The translations under genes and the position numbers were made by a program. This document shows positions 62,301 through 64,000 of a stretch of 64,000 nt of DNA, in pieces. Position 1 is the first letter of the stretch. Each line of letters begins with the position of its first letter. Under the pieces are notes generated by a model. It had not been told where the DNA came from, ran no database searches, and worked only from the letters and a program-made list of their open reading frames with translations. Source of the stretch: Stylophora pistillata (Eukaryota); NCBI RefSeq assembly GCF_002571385.2, contig NW_019217950.1, forward strand, positions 497,134 through 561,133. The letters run 5' to 3'.

Positions 62301-63370
62301 CAAGAAGCTCAAGGAAGAATTATCAGTGTTCAATTGACTAGTATTAAGAAACAGAATTGTGATACCATTTACCCTCAGAAGTAAAGCAGTAGACTTGGCA
62401 CATGGTGGTCACCAGGGATTGTGAACACAAAGCAACTCACCCCACACAAAGTGTGGTTCCCCGCAATTGACAAACTAACAGAAGAGAAGGTCAAAAACTG
62501 TCTTTCATGTCAAGCTGCATCGACCAAGTCACCACCGTTTGAACCCCTTCGAATGACGTCACTCCCTAGCGGACCTTGGAGAGAAGTTGCAGTGGATTTT
62601 GCTGGACCGTTCCTCTCTGGTGATTACATCATGGTAGTAACAGATGAATTCAGCCATTTTCCGGAAGTAGAAATTCTTACCTCAACATCAGCAAAAGTTG
62701 TGATCCCTAAATTTGATGCGATATTCTAAGACAAGGTATTCCTGATGTCCTGAAAAGTGACAATGGTCCACCGTTTAATGGTCATGAATTTAAGAACTTT
62801 TCTGACTACTTAGGATTCAAGCATAGAAGGATCACCCCGTATTGGCCAAGAGCAAATGGAGAAGCAGAACGACTGGTTCAGACCCTTCAAAATTCAGAAT
62901 TGCTCACCTAGAAGGCAAAAATTGGAAGCAAGAGTTGTACAAGTTCTTACGGCAATATCGCGCAAGACCTCACTCCACCATCAATGTGTCCCCAAGTGAA
63001 GCCCTAAACAGCAGAAAACTCAAGACCACAATCCCAGAGTTACCAATCACCCAACACAAGCTGCCACGATGCACACTTCAAGATCCATCAGCTAGCATCG
63101 CCCAGAGAGATGCTCTGCAAAAGCAGAAAATGAAGGTCTATGCTGACCTCAAAGCGCATGCTCAAGAATGAGAGATTAAGCCAGGAGAAGTTGTACTCAT
63201 TAGACAACCCAAACTGAACAAGCTCGGCACTCAATACAATCCAAAACCATTTATCATGGAGGAACAGAAAGGTACCATGGTCACAACGAGTAACAGTTCA
63301 CAGACTGTTACGAGGAATTCATCGCAGTTCAAACTTATTCAGAAACATCTTGCAACTTGACAAGAGAATG
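59392..63370 (+). mobile_element. Gypsy retrotransposon (5' LTR, gag, pol), degenerate, inserted in the BEL LTR
   Basis: LTR TGTA...TACA 59392-59532; PBS TGGCGACGAGG; gag knuckle CNVCAKIGHFAHVC; RT NISDD; RNase H; integrase VAVDFAGP, SDNGPPF. Many frameshifts. Confidence 0.92.
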
Positions 63371-63371
63371 G

Positions 63372-63945
63372 CACAATTGTTGTTGTTAGTTACGGAAAGA
63401 CCATGGAACAAGCGACACAAGACCACGACAAGACACTTATGTGCCAGGATCATGGGCTAAAGCTCAACACCGAAAGGCTAAAACTGAGACAGATGCAGGT
63501 GTCGTTCATCGGCCATGTGCCAACAGGTGATGGTTTACAAGTGGACCCTGCCAAGGTCAAAGCCATTTGACATATGCCAGACCCCACAGACAAGGCTGGA
63601 GTGCAGAGGCTCCTGGGCCTGGCACAGTATCTAAGTAAATTTCTCCCCAACCTATCGGACATGACAAAGCCATTACGAGAGCTGACTCAGCAGTATACCG
63701 AGCGGTGTTGGGATGACGCACAGAACACTATGTTGAACCAACTGAAGGAAGCAGTCACTCACACTGCAATCCTCTTTTACTACAACCTCAGTGACAAAGT
63801 GGCCCTTCAATGTGATGCATCACAGTCGGGTCTAGGAGCTGCCATTTTGAAGAAAGGGCAGCCTGTGGCCTACGCATCCAGGGCTCTAACATCAGCAGAG
63901 ACCCATTACACTCAAATCGAGAAAGAGCTATTGGCTATCCTCTTC
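63372..63945 (+). mobile_element. Additional Gypsy RT/RNase H fragment
   Basis: LKLNTERLKLRQMQVSFIGHV...VQRLLGLAQYLSKF...QCDASQSGLGA...YTQIEKELLAI. Confidence 0.85.
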
Positions 63946-64000
63946 GCGGGCATGCTCTTAACTCAGCACCGCAACGTCTTCAGCGTATGCTGCTTTGTCT

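Overview
AT-rich animal DNA with spliceosomal introns and several N gaps. The repeat families suggest a cnidarian such as a stony coral (inference only). No ordinary host gene is evident; the window is almost entirely nested transposable elements: ISL2EU, Harbinger, pogo, AcademH, Gypsy (four fragments), BEL/Pao, CR1/L2-like LINEs, piggyBac, Kolobok, a tRNA-SINE and MITEs. The standout is an 18.3 kb DNA transposon (30486-48748) with long repeat-containing TIRs and an exact 8-bp TSD (GTCGTGTC). It carries a frame-consistent 9-exon gene (39191-45889, about 1515 aa) that joins an intact protein kinase, a probable herpes-tegument-like (C76) cysteine protease domain, a linker with SUMO/SIM/NLS-like motifs, and a Mutator-type DDE transposase. 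Nested inside it are an integrase-core (IS3EU-like) element with a SAM/UBX-like partner gene and, in the last intron, an inverted pair of Penelope-type minimal hammerhead ribozymes. Family assignments come from motif recognition by eye; no database search was run.
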